Below are positions 56,384 to 64,000 of a stretch of 64,000 nucleotides of DNA, in pieces (within the stretch, counting starts at the first letter, position 1; the number at the start of each line of letters is the position of its first letter). The stretch is from contig JBGGMV010000066.1 of assembly GCA_041287865.1 (NCBI GenBank), forward strand, positions 7,966 through 71,965, read 5' to 3'. The notes under the pieces are model-generated. The model ran no database searches. It saw nothing but the letters and a program-made list of their open reading frames with translations, and was not told where the DNA came from. Source of the stretch: Alphaproteobacteria bacterium (GTDB taxonomy: Bacteria; Pseudomonadota; Alphaproteobacteria; Micavibrionales; UBA2020). The translations under genes and the position numbers were made by a program.

Positions 56384-58219
56384 ATGTTCGCATCAGGTCG
56401 CTTCGGCCGCTTCGGCGGTTTCATTGTCACGGTTCTTGCGGTGGTCTTCCTCACCAGCTGCCAGGCAGCCAAGAACCAGCTGCAGTTCGACCGCAGCGCC
56501 GAGCTGGATCGCCAGGATTACCGCGACGCGCTGGCGCCGAACACGCTGCCGCCGGATTCCGAAGTGCCCACGCCTGAATTCCAGGCCGTTCTCTCCACGC
56601 CCGAAGAACTGCGCCTGCCGTCGCCGCTGGTCAGCGTTCAAGTCAACCAGACCGTCGGCCTGCGCGACCTGATCTGGCAGCTGGCCGAACAGGCCGATAT
56701 CGATGTCGAACTGGATCCGCAAATCCACGGCACGATCAGCTTCACCGCCAAGGAACGCCCGTTCGACGAAGTCATCCAGCGCATCTGCGACATGGCCGGC
56801 CTGCGCTACAAGTTTGACAACGCCGTCCTGCGCGTCGAGCTCGACCGCCCCTATACCCACAACTACAGCGTCGATTTCATCAACGTCGCGCGCCGCGGCA
56901 GCATGGGCATCAACACCAGCATCAGCCTGGCGTCCACCGAAGGCGGCGCCGCAGGCAGCGGCAGCTCGTCCTCGAACGTCAGCAACGAGATCAACGGCGA
57001 CATGTGGAAAGAGCTGAACGACGGCATGGAACAGCTGCTGTCGTCTTCCGACACATATATATCGCTGGCTACGCTGACCGATCCGGTGACGGCGCCTGCC
57101 GTGCCTGCGCCGCCGCCGCCGCCCGCGAACCCCGACCAGCCCCCGCCGCCCCCGCCGCTGCCGGGCGATCCCGCCGTCGCGCCGCTGCCGGCCGCCGTCG
57201 CGCCTGTGCTCAACATCACCACGCCGCCCGGCGAACCGATGGTGCCGAACCCGCCCGCGACCTTCTCGATCAGCCGCCAGTCCGGCATCGTCAGCGTCTT
57301 CGCGAGCGAGCGCCAGCAGCGCCTTGTGCAGCGTTTCATGAACGATTTCCGCCGCCGCGTCGGCACACAGGTGCTGATCGAGGCGAAAGTGCTGCAGGTC
57401 GAGCTTAACGACGAATATGCCGCCGGCATCAACTGGTCGGACGTCGACCTGACCGGCCTGCTGAAAGTGACGCAGGGATACACCTTCCCCGGCATCACGG
57501 GCCTGAACGGCAGCAACTTCGGCCTGACCTTTGACCACGGCAACTTCAGCGCGGCGCTGCAGGCGATGAACCGCTTCGGCAGCATCCGCATCCTGTCCAG
57601 CCCGCGCGTGACGGTGATGAACAACCAGCCCGCCGTCGTCAACGTGACGCAGAGCTTCGTCTACTTCGACTTCGACGTCGAGGCCGGCACGACCGACACC
57701 AACGGCGTGACCACGCCGCCCACCATCGACGGCGAAGTGCGCTCGGTGCCCGAAGGCGTGCTGCTCAACGTCGTGCCGACCGCGAACCCCGACACCGGCG
57801 AAATCGTCCTTGTCGTGCGTCCGACGGTTTCCAAGATCACGAACACGATTCCCGACCCGACGGTCGGCCTGACGCTGGCGCTGAACGGCGGCGTGCCGCC
57901 CGGCGTCGAAGTGCCCACCAACGAAATCCCGCGCGTCGCGTTGCAGGAAATCGATTCTGTCATGCGTCTCCAGTCCGGCCAGATGATGGCCCTGGGCGGG
58001 TTGATGGAAGACGAAAACACCATCCAGCAGGACGGCGTTCCGATTGCGTCGGACATGCCGATCCTGGGCGCGCTCTTCCGCACCCATAAAGACACGCTGC
58101 GCAAGAGCGAGCTGGTCATCTTCCTGAAGGCCTCCATCATCGCCGGCTCGAACGTCGACGAGATGGAGAAGAAGACTTACAAGGTCTTCTCGCTGGACCG
58201 CCGTCCGGCGCGCCTCTAA
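56384..58219 (+). CDS. Secretin (PilQ/GspD family), lipoprotein-type signal
   Basis: Starts at MFASGRFG, with lipobox FLTSC. It has a poly-Pro linker and a C-terminal secretin domain (ILSSPRVTVMNNQPAVVNV, VPIASDMPILGALFR). Confidence 0.88.
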   Translation: MFASGRFGRFGGFIVTVLAVVFLTSCQAAKNQLQFDRSAELDRQDYRDALAPNTLPPDSEVPTPEFQAVLSTPEELRLPSPLVSVQVNQTVGLRDLIWQLAEQADIDVELDPQIHGTISFTAKERPFDEVIQRICDMAGLRYKFDNAVLRVELDRPYTHNYSVDFINVARRGSMGINTSISLASTEGGAAGSGSSSSNVSNEINGDMWKELNDGMEQLLSSSDTYISLATLTDPVTAPAVPAPPPPPANPDQPPPPPPLPGDPAVAPLPAAVAPVLNITTPPGEPMVPNPPATFSISRQSGIVSVFASERQQRLVQRFMNDFRRRVGTQVLIEAKVLQVELNDEYAAGINWSDVDLTGLLKVTQGYTFPGITGLNGSNFGLTFDHGNFSAALQAMNRFGSIRILSSPRVTVMNNQPAVVNVTQSFVYFDFDVEAGTTDTNGVTTPPTIDGEVRSVPEGVLLNVVPTANPDTGEIVLVVRPTVSKITNTIPDPTVGLTLALNGGVPPGVEVPTNEIPRVALQEIDSVMRLQSGQMMALGGLMEDENTIQQDGVPIASDMPILGALFRTHKDTLRKSELVIFLKASIIAGSNVDEMEKKTYKVFSLDRRPARL

Positions 58220-58249
58220 CAGGGGCCGAAGGGCGAGGGGTCTTCCGTC

Positions 58250-59071
58250 ATGATCTCAGGTCCGCTGATCAGGTTCGTGCTGACCGCCGCTTTCCGCGAC
58301 AAGCTGCTGCTGACCCTGCTCGTCATGATCGGGACGGGCACGGGCCTTGCGATGTTCCTGGGCGACGCGGCGATGACCGAAAAGGAAAGCTTCGCGCTGG
58401 TCTTCGGCGCTTCGGGCTTGCGTTTCCTCTCCGTCATCGGCGTGGTACTGTTCTGCTGCTTCTACGTGCGCCGCGCCTTCGAGACCAAGGAAGTCGAATT
58501 CCTGCTCTCCCGCCCGCTGTCCCGCATGTCCTTCCTGTTTAACCATGCCCTGGCCTTCATGCTGCTGGCCGCGCTGGTCACGCTGGCGGTGGTGGCGGCT
58601 GTCTTCTGCCTTGGCAAGCCTGACATGGGCGGCCTTGCTGCCTGGGGCTTCAGCATCGGCATCGAAAACATGATCATGGCGGTCACCGCGCTCTTTTTCT
58701 CGATGGTGCTGTCCTCGGCCGCCGGCTCGGCGCTCGCCACGCTCGGCGTCTATGTGCTGGCGCGACTGATGGGCACGCTGCTGGGCATCGCGGCGGTGAC
58801 GCCGGAAAAAGTGGTTTTCGCCGTGCTCAACAACGTCATGAACCTCGTCTCCGTCGTGGTGCCGCGCCTTGACCTGATGGGCCAGACGTCGTGGCTCGTC
58901 TATGGCGTCGAGGGCTCCGGCGGCATCGACTTCCTCGAGCGCGCGGGCACCTACGCGCACCAGCTGATGGGAACGCTGGGTATCATGGGCTTCATGGCGG
59001 CGCAGGGGGTGGTGTTTATCGGGCTGATGCTCTTCGCCGCCGCCTTCGACTTCTTGCGGCGGCAGTTCTGA
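58250..59071 (+). CDS. Multi-pass membrane protein, possible ABC-2-type permease partner of the 50440 ATPase
   Basis: 273 aa with about 6 TM helices. The permease role is inferred from topology and context only. Confidence 0.6.
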   Translation: MISGPLIRFVLTAAFRDKLLLTLLVMIGTGTGLAMFLGDAAMTEKESFALVFGASGLRFLSVIGVVLFCCFYVRRAFETKEVEFLLSRPLSRMSFLFNHALAFMLLAALVTLAVVAAVFCLGKPDMGGLAAWGFSIGIENMIMAVTALFFSMVLSSAAGSALATLGVYVLARLMGTLLGIAAVTPEKVVFAVLNNVMNLVSVVVPRLDLMGQTSWLVYGVEGSGGIDFLERAGTYAHQLMGTLGIMGFMAAQGVVFIGLMLFAAAFDFLRRQF

Positions 59072-59853
59072 TGGCGCCGGCACAGCTCAAAAAAGCTGTG
59101 AACGCGGGGCTGCTGGCTTTCCTCGGCCTTAACTTCCTTCTCTGGTACGCCAGCTCGGATATCTACGCGCGCTGGGAAGGCGTGCCGCCCCCGCCGTCGG
59201 AGAAAAGCGCGCGGCTGATGACGCTGGGCGACGCGCAGTTTTCCTACCGCTTCGGCGCGATCACGCTGCAGAACCTCGGCGACGGCGGCGGCCGCGTGAC
59301 AAGCTTGCGCGATTACGACTACGGGCGCCTTGGCAAATGGTTCTGGCTGCTCAACAGCCTCGATCCGGCCTCGAACCACGTGCCGATGGTGGCGGCCTAT
59401 TACTTCGGCGGCAGCGGCACGCCCAAGGACATCATCGTGGTCGTCGATTACCTTGCGGCGATCGGCGTCAACCCGGTCGGCAACAAATGGCGCTGGCTGG
59501 CGCATGCGATCTTCCTCGCACGGCACCACCTGAACGACCTCAAGCGCGCGCTCGACCTTGCCTACAGGCTGTCGAAGATGGAGCCCATCGGCGACACGCT
59601 GCCGGAATGGGCGCGGCAGATGCCGGCCTTCGTGCTGTCGGAGCAGGGCGACAAGCAGGCCGCGCGCAAGATCATCGAAAACCTCCTGCTAAGCAGCCGG
59701 CGCTTCCACCCCAACGAAGTCAATTTCATGAAGCACTGGCTGACCGTCGAGCTGGGCGTCGATCCGCAGGAAGTCGACATGATACTCAAGATGCGCGGCC
59801 CGGATCAGCCCTTGCCGGACGGCCCGCGGATCGCACCACCGGCGCCCGAGTGA
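59071..59853 (+). CDS. Hypothetical membrane-anchored protein
   Basis: Starts at MAPAQLKKAVNAGLLAFLGLNFLLWY; the start ATG overlaps the upstream TGA. It has one TM helix and a soluble helical domain. I recognise no family. Confidence 0.55.
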   Translation: MAPAQLKKAVNAGLLAFLGLNFLLWYASSDIYARWEGVPPPPSEKSARLMTLGDAQFSYRFGAITLQNLGDGGGRVTSLRDYDYGRLGKWFWLLNSLDPASNHVPMVAAYYFGGSGTPKDIIVVVDYLAAIGVNPVGNKWRWLAHAIFLARHHLNDLKRALDLAYRLSKMEPIGDTLPEWARQMPAFVLSEQGDKQAARKIIENLLLSSRRFHPNEVNFMKHWLTVELGVDPQEVDMILKMRGPDQPLPDGPRIAPPAPE

Positions 59854-59881
59854 GCGCGTCGCGCCTAAAAGGATACAAGCC

Positions 59882-60979
59882 GTGATCGGACTGGACTATG
59901 CCACCACTTTCAGCCTGATAGAATGGCTGGCCGTCACCGGCCTGGTGCAGTGCGTCTTTATCCTTGTCTATACGGCCTTTCGCGCGCGCAACTGGCGTCA
60001 GGCGGCGATCGCCTTCGCCTATTTCCTCTGCCTTGCGGCGGCCTTCGGCCTGCAGTTCTCGTTGCGTCTCACCTATATCGAGCAGCCGCTGCGCGTTGCC
60101 CTGTGGTTCTTCTGGGCGATGGGCGCGCCGCTGTGCTTTCTGCTGGTGCACCAGGTCGTCAAGCTGACCGAGGTGCCGGAGCGGCGGCACCTGCTGGTTC
60201 TCTTTATCATGCCGCTGGTTTTCGCGGCGGCCTTCGCGCTGCAGCGCACGCGCCATCTGTGCGAAGGCGGCGACTGGCTCTGCCCGCGCTTTATTGACGT
60301 GCTGTCCTGGCTGGGCGGCATGGCGGGGGCGCTTTGCATGCTGGCGCTCTGGGCGCAGAAGGACATGTTCGGCAAGCTCTGGCGGCAGAGGGGCGCCCGC
60401 GAGCGCTACTGGCTGGTCATGACGCTGGTGCTGGCGAACGTCATGGGCGTCATCGTCAGCCTGCTGAACGCAACAGGATATCTTGACCGCACCGACCATG
60501 ACGCGCTGCATGTGATCCTCGGGATCGCCTTCGCCTATCTTGCAACGACAACATTGTTCCGTGTCTATCCGCTGCCCGTGGCGATGAGCGCGGCGTCGCG
60601 CGCGCGGGCGCTTTTGCTCACCGAGGAAGAAAAGCGAATCGCCGAAAAAGTCCAGAAGCTCATGGAGCTGGACAAGCTGTACCACGAGCATACTTTCAGC
60701 CGCGCCGACCTGGCGCGCGAGGTGGGGGCGTCCGAAAATACGCTGTCGCGCGTCATCAACATCGCCTTTGGCCGCAGTTTCCCCCGTTTGCTCAACGAAT
60801 TCAGGGTGGAAGACGCAAAACGGATGCTGGCCGATCCCGCGATCCCGATCCATGTGCTTGCCTCCGAAGTGGGCTTTAACTCGCTGGCGTCGTTCAATCG
60901 TGTCTTTCGCGCGCTCACCGGCGAGACGCCATCCTCCTACAGGGCGGCGCATACCGCTGCGACAGAAAAAAACCCGTAA
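59882..60979 (+). CDS. AraC-family transcriptional regulator with N-terminal polytopic membrane domain
   Basis: GTG start. The first ~240 aa contain 6-7 hydrophobic helices. The C-terminus has the AraC HTH (FSRADLAREVGASENTLSRVIN...VGFNSLASFNRVFRALTGETPSSYR). Confidence 0.85.
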   Translation: MIGLDYATTFSLIEWLAVTGLVQCVFILVYTAFRARNWRQAAIAFAYFLCLAAAFGLQFSLRLTYIEQPLRVALWFFWAMGAPLCFLLVHQVVKLTEVPERRHLLVLFIMPLVFAAAFALQRTRHLCEGGDWLCPRFIDVLSWLGGMAGALCMLALWAQKDMFGKLWRQRGARERYWLVMTLVLANVMGVIVSLLNATGYLDRTDHDALHVILGIAFAYLATTTLFRVYPLPVAMSAASRARALLLTEEEKRIAEKVQKLMELDKLYHEHTFSRADLAREVGASENTLSRVINIAFGRSFPRLLNEFRVEDAKRMLADPAIPIHVLASEVGFNSLASFNRVFRALTGETPSSYRAAHTAATEKNP

Positions 60980-61432
60980 TTGGCATTTCTTTGCGCCGGG
61001 ACGCAGTAAAATAATCATCAAAACGTAAAATTCTGTTTTAATGATTCTCACTTTGTCCCGCAGGACACAGCGTGACGTTTTGGTAACTCTGTTGGCGGTG
61101 TCGAGAGCAGGACGCGCAGGATCATGCAAAAGACGCTGAATCGCTCTTCATCTTGACGATGTAAAGAGTGTACGTGCGTACGGGAAAATCCCACATAAAT
61201 CATCAGTATATGTCAACGCAGACTGCTTATTTTGTCATGGTGAGCAATGAAACGACTGAAATTAAACATTCGTTTAACTTTTTTGTTGAATTATAGGGAT
61301 TAGGCCACCAAACTTGTGCATGACCTTCCTGCCTATTGTCGGCAGACGAGCTTTCAGAACACATCTAATGGGGCAGACTCAAGGGACGGTTTTAATTAAC
61401 GAACTAAATAAGACCAACATAGGGGAAAATTC

Positions 61433-62272
61433 ATGAAAAGAGTTAATGCACAAAAGGGCTTCACGCTCGTCGAATTGGCGATCGTGATGACCATCATCGG
61501 CCTGCTGATCGGCGGGATTCTGAAAGGGCAGGAACTGATGGAAAACGCCCGCGTGACCTCGACCGTCGCGCAGGTGAAATCCTATTCGGCTGCCGTCACC
61601 AGCTTCAAGGACATGTACCAGTCCTATCCCGGTGACATGCCCGGCGCGGGCACCCGCCTTGTCGGCTGCCCCGGCGCGTCCGGTGCTGCTTGCGACCCTG
61701 TTACCGGCGCCGGTAACGCGGGTAACAACATCGTCGGCCTGACCACCTGGAGCACGGCTTGGGGCGCGCCTGGCGTGACCGCAACCACCGGCACCACGGC
61801 TGCCACGGCTGTCGACTCGGAAAAATACCTCTTCTGGGCGCACCTGCTGCTTGCCAACCTGATCGGCGGCGTGACGGATGAAGGCCTGAACAACGCGATC
61901 GCGTTCCAGTTCGGCCGCACCCATCCTGAAGCCAAGATCTCGGGCGGCTTTACGGCAGGCTATGCTACGGGCGTGATTGGCCCGGGCTCGCTGCAGCCTG
62001 CAGGCACCGGCATCTCGGGCACCATCCTCGCGCAGGTGGTTGCACCCGATGCAGCCCTGCCGGTCACGGCAAGCTCGAACCCTCTTGCTCCTCTGCGCGC
62101 CGCGCAGATCGACCGCAAGATGGATGACGGCCGCCCCGGCACCGGATATGTCCAGGCCTTCGGCCTCGGCACGTCCTGCTTCACGACCGCCACGGCCGGC
62201 ACGACGCAGTACACCTACAACGAGACCATCGCTACGAAAGACTGCGGTCTCCTGTTCCGTATTGAAGGCTAA
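61433..62272 (+). CDS. Type IVa pilin, large (279 aa), tandem copy 1
   Basis: The sequence MKRVNAQKG|FTLVELAIVMTIIGLLIGG has a short leader, Gly-1, Phe+1 and Glu+5. A C-terminal Cys pair (SCFTT...KDCG) forms a D-region-like loop. Confidence 0.92.
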   Translation: MKRVNAQKGFTLVELAIVMTIIGLLIGGILKGQELMENARVTSTVAQVKSYSAAVTSFKDMYQSYPGDMPGAGTRLVGCPGASGAACDPVTGAGNAGNNIVGLTTWSTAWGAPGVTATTGTTAATAVDSEKYLFWAHLLLANLIGGVTDEGLNNAIAFQFGRTHPEAKISGGFTAGYATGVIGPGSLQPAGTGISGTILAQVVAPDAALPVTASSNPLAPLRAAQIDRKMDDGRPGTGYVQAFGLGTSCFTTATAGTTQYTYNETIATKDCGLLFRIEG

Positions 62273-62280
62273 TCAAACGA

Positions 62281-62315
62281 AAAAAACCCGGGGGGTTTCC
62301 CCCGGGTTTTTTTTG
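62281..62315 (+). terminator. Rho-independent terminator after pilin copy 1
   Basis: aaaaaacccgggggg ttt cccccgggtttttttt. Confidence 0.85.
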
Positions 62316-62392
62316 ACTCAAGCACTATATGAACTCGTCTCTACCAAGTGAACTTCCTCAAAAATCATGAAAAATCATGGGAGAAAAAATTC

Positions 62393-63232
62393 ATGAAAAG
62401 ACTAAACACACAAAAGGGCTTCACCCTCGTCGAGTTGGCGATCGTGATGACCATCATCGGTCTGCTGATCGGCGGTATTCTGAAGGGGCAGGAACTGATG
62501 GAAAACGCCCGCGTGACCTCGACCGTCGCGCAGGTGAAATCATATTCGGCTGCCGTCACCAGCTTCAAGGACATGTACCAGTCCTATCCCGGTGACATGC
62601 CCGGCGCAGGCACCCGTCTTGTGGGCTGCCCCGGCGCTTCCGGTGCCGCTTGCGACCCTGTTACCGGCGCTGGTAACGCGGGTAACAACATCGTCGGCCT
62701 GACCACCTGGAGCACGGCCTGGGGCGCGCCCGGCGTGACCGCAACCACCGGCACCACGGCCGCCACGGCTGTCGACTCGGAAAAATATCTTTTCTGGGCC
62801 AACCTGCTGCTCGCTAACCTGATCGGCGGTATCACGGATGAAGGCCTGAACAACGCGATCGCGTTCCAGTTCGGCCGCACCCATCCTGAAGCCAAGATCT
62901 CGGGCGGCTTTATCGCGGGCTATGCTACGGGCGTGATCGGCCCGGGCTCGCTGCAGCCTGCAGGCACCGGCATCTCGGGCACCGTTCTCGCGCAAGTGGT
63001 TGCACCTGCAGCCGCCCTGCCGGTCACGGCAAGCTCGAACCCTCTTGCTCCCCTGCGCGCCGCGCAGATCGACCGCAAGATGGATGACGGCCGCCCCGGC
63101 ACCGGCTATGTCCAGGCCTTCGGCCTCGGCACGTCCTGCTTCACGACCGCCACAGCCGGCACGACGCAGTACACCTACAACGAGACCATTGCTACCAAAG
63201 ACTGCGGTCTCCTGTTCCGTATTGAGGGCTAA
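62393..63232 (+). CDS. Type IVa pilin, tandem copy 2
   Basis: Starts at MKRLNTQKGFTLVELAIVM and is 279 aa. It is nearly identical to copy 1. The upstream Met of track ORF 62348 lies in non-homologous leader sequence. Confidence 0.92.
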   Translation: MKRLNTQKGFTLVELAIVMTIIGLLIGGILKGQELMENARVTSTVAQVKSYSAAVTSFKDMYQSYPGDMPGAGTRLVGCPGASGAACDPVTGAGNAGNNIVGLTTWSTAWGAPGVTATTGTTAATAVDSEKYLFWANLLLANLIGGITDEGLNNAIAFQFGRTHPEAKISGGFIAGYATGVIGPGSLQPAGTGISGTVLAQVVAPAAALPVTASSNPLAPLRAAQIDRKMDDGRPGTGYVQAFGLGTSCFTTATAGTTQYTYNETIATKDCGLLFRIEG

Positions 63233-63250
63233 TCACCTTCTTCTCTAGCA

Positions 63251-63281
63251 AAAAGCCCGGGGGCGACCCCGGGTTTTTTTG
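63251..63281 (+). terminator. Rho-independent terminator after pilin copy 2
   Basis: aaaaagcccggggg cga ccccgggttttttt. Confidence 0.85.
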
Positions 63282-63506
63282 TTTGCGTTCCTTGATTTCC
63301 CCTCTGTCGGGGGCACTTTGATAAACAGGCGTTTAAAAATATGAGAGGTTCCGATGGAACTTTTTTACCGGAACAATGTTAGACGGCTAGTACCAAAATC
63401 GTATTGCCCGCGATGGCTAACAAAAAGTTTACGCCGCGTTGACGGCGCAACCACCGCCCCGCTGGCAGGGGACGACATCAAGTAGCGCGTAAGGGGAGTT
63501 CAGAAC

Positions 63507-64000
63507 ATGAATAAAACGAACACACAAAAAGGCTTCACACTCGTCGAATTGGCGATCGTGATGACCATCATCGGCCTGCTGATCGGCGGGATTCTGAAAG
63601 GGCAGGAACTGATGGAAAACGCCCGCGTGACCTCGACCGTCGCGCAGGTTAAATCCTATTCGGCTGCCGTCACCAGTTTCAAGGACATGTACCAGTCTTA
63701 TCCGGGTGACATGCCCGGCGCAGGCACCCGTCTTGTGGGCTGCCCCGGCGCGTCCGGCGCGTCCTGCAACCCTGTTACCGGCGCCGGTAACGCGGGTAAC
63801 AACATCATCGGCCTGACAACCTGGAGCGCGGCCTGGGGCGCGCCCGGCGTGACCGCGACCACCGGCACCACGGCGGCCACGGCTGTCGACTCGGAAAAAT
63901 ACCTCTTCTGGTCGCACCTGCTGCTTGCCAACCTGATCGGCGGCGTGACGGATGAAGGCCTGAACAACGCGATCGCGTTCCAGTTCGGCCGCACGCATCC
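63507..64000 (+). CDS. Type IVa pilin, tandem copy 3 (partial, runs off the right window edge)
   Basis: Not in the ORF track because there is no stop. ATG 63507 gives MNKTNTQKGFTLVELAIVMTIIGLLIGGILKGQELMENARV..., collinear with copies 1 and 2. An AAGGGGAG RBS lies upstream. Confidence 0.9.
   Translation, partial: MNKTNTQKGFTLVELAIVMTIIGLLIGGILKGQELMENARVTSTVAQVKSYSAAVTSFKDMYQSYPGDMPGAGTRLVGCPGASGASCNPVTGAGNAGNNIIGLTTWSAAWGAPGVTATTGTTAATAVDSEKYLFWSHLLLANLIGGVTDEGLNNAIAFQFGRTH

Noticed and set aside
61248-61254. A single TGAAACG heptamer in the pilin leader, identical to the phased repeat unit upstream of P1. It is tempting as a regulatory link between the two loci.
   Set aside because: A given 7-mer is expected several times by chance on both strands of 64 kb, so one isolated copy without phasing is not evidence.
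61303-61320. A sigma54-like promoter (GGCCAC-N5-TTGTGCA) upstream of pilin copy 1. Many T4a pilin genes are RpoN-dependent.
   Set aside because: The GG-to-GC spacing is one nucleotide off the TGGCAC-N5-TTGCW consensus. The other two pilin leaders show nothing comparable, and no pilS/pilR-type genes are in the window. This is too weak to call.

Overview
This is a GC-rich chromosomal segment that looks alphaproteobacterial. Supporting markers are ALAS-type hemA, a circularly permuted two-piece tmRNA, alpha-type SspB, aroE-coaE-dnaQ/secB synteny and hflK-hflC-DUF2065-degP-miaA. Positions 1-25.5 kb are mostly housekeeping genes: pheST, ferredoxin/FNR, PSRP, aroE, two tandem coaE, dnaQ, secB, mltA, hemA, ribF, lspA, miaA, degP, hflKC and apbC. 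Positions 25.6-38.2 kb are a mosaic. thyA-folA and ssrA (tmRNA, absent from the ORF track) are surrounded by lineage-specific genes with no family I can recognise. These include a paralog pair behind two blocks of 10-bp-phased TGAAACG repeats, an HExxH protein, and a signal-peptidase-I homolog that appears to lack both catalytic residues. They also include four translationally coupled tandem paralogs of about 350 aa. Seven of these proteins end in a shared '[KG]-P-x-x-[LFI]' C-terminal tail. This tail-sharing gene set, lying between ssrA and sspB, is my best candidate for an undescribed system. Positions 44-64 kb hold a large type IV pilus supercluster. It contains pilB, pilC, a PilM/N fusion, PilO- and PilP-like genes, an embedded ABC ATPase, a TPR protein, pilD, pilT, pilU, a secretin, a permease-like protein and a membrane-anchored AraC regulator. 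It ends in at least three near-identical tandem genes for unusually large pilins and carries a recurring cis-motif (TATAAGGT..GCAGGG). I saw no transposase, integrase, CRISPR array, rRNA or canonical tRNA. All calls come from reading the sequence and translations by eye, with no database search.
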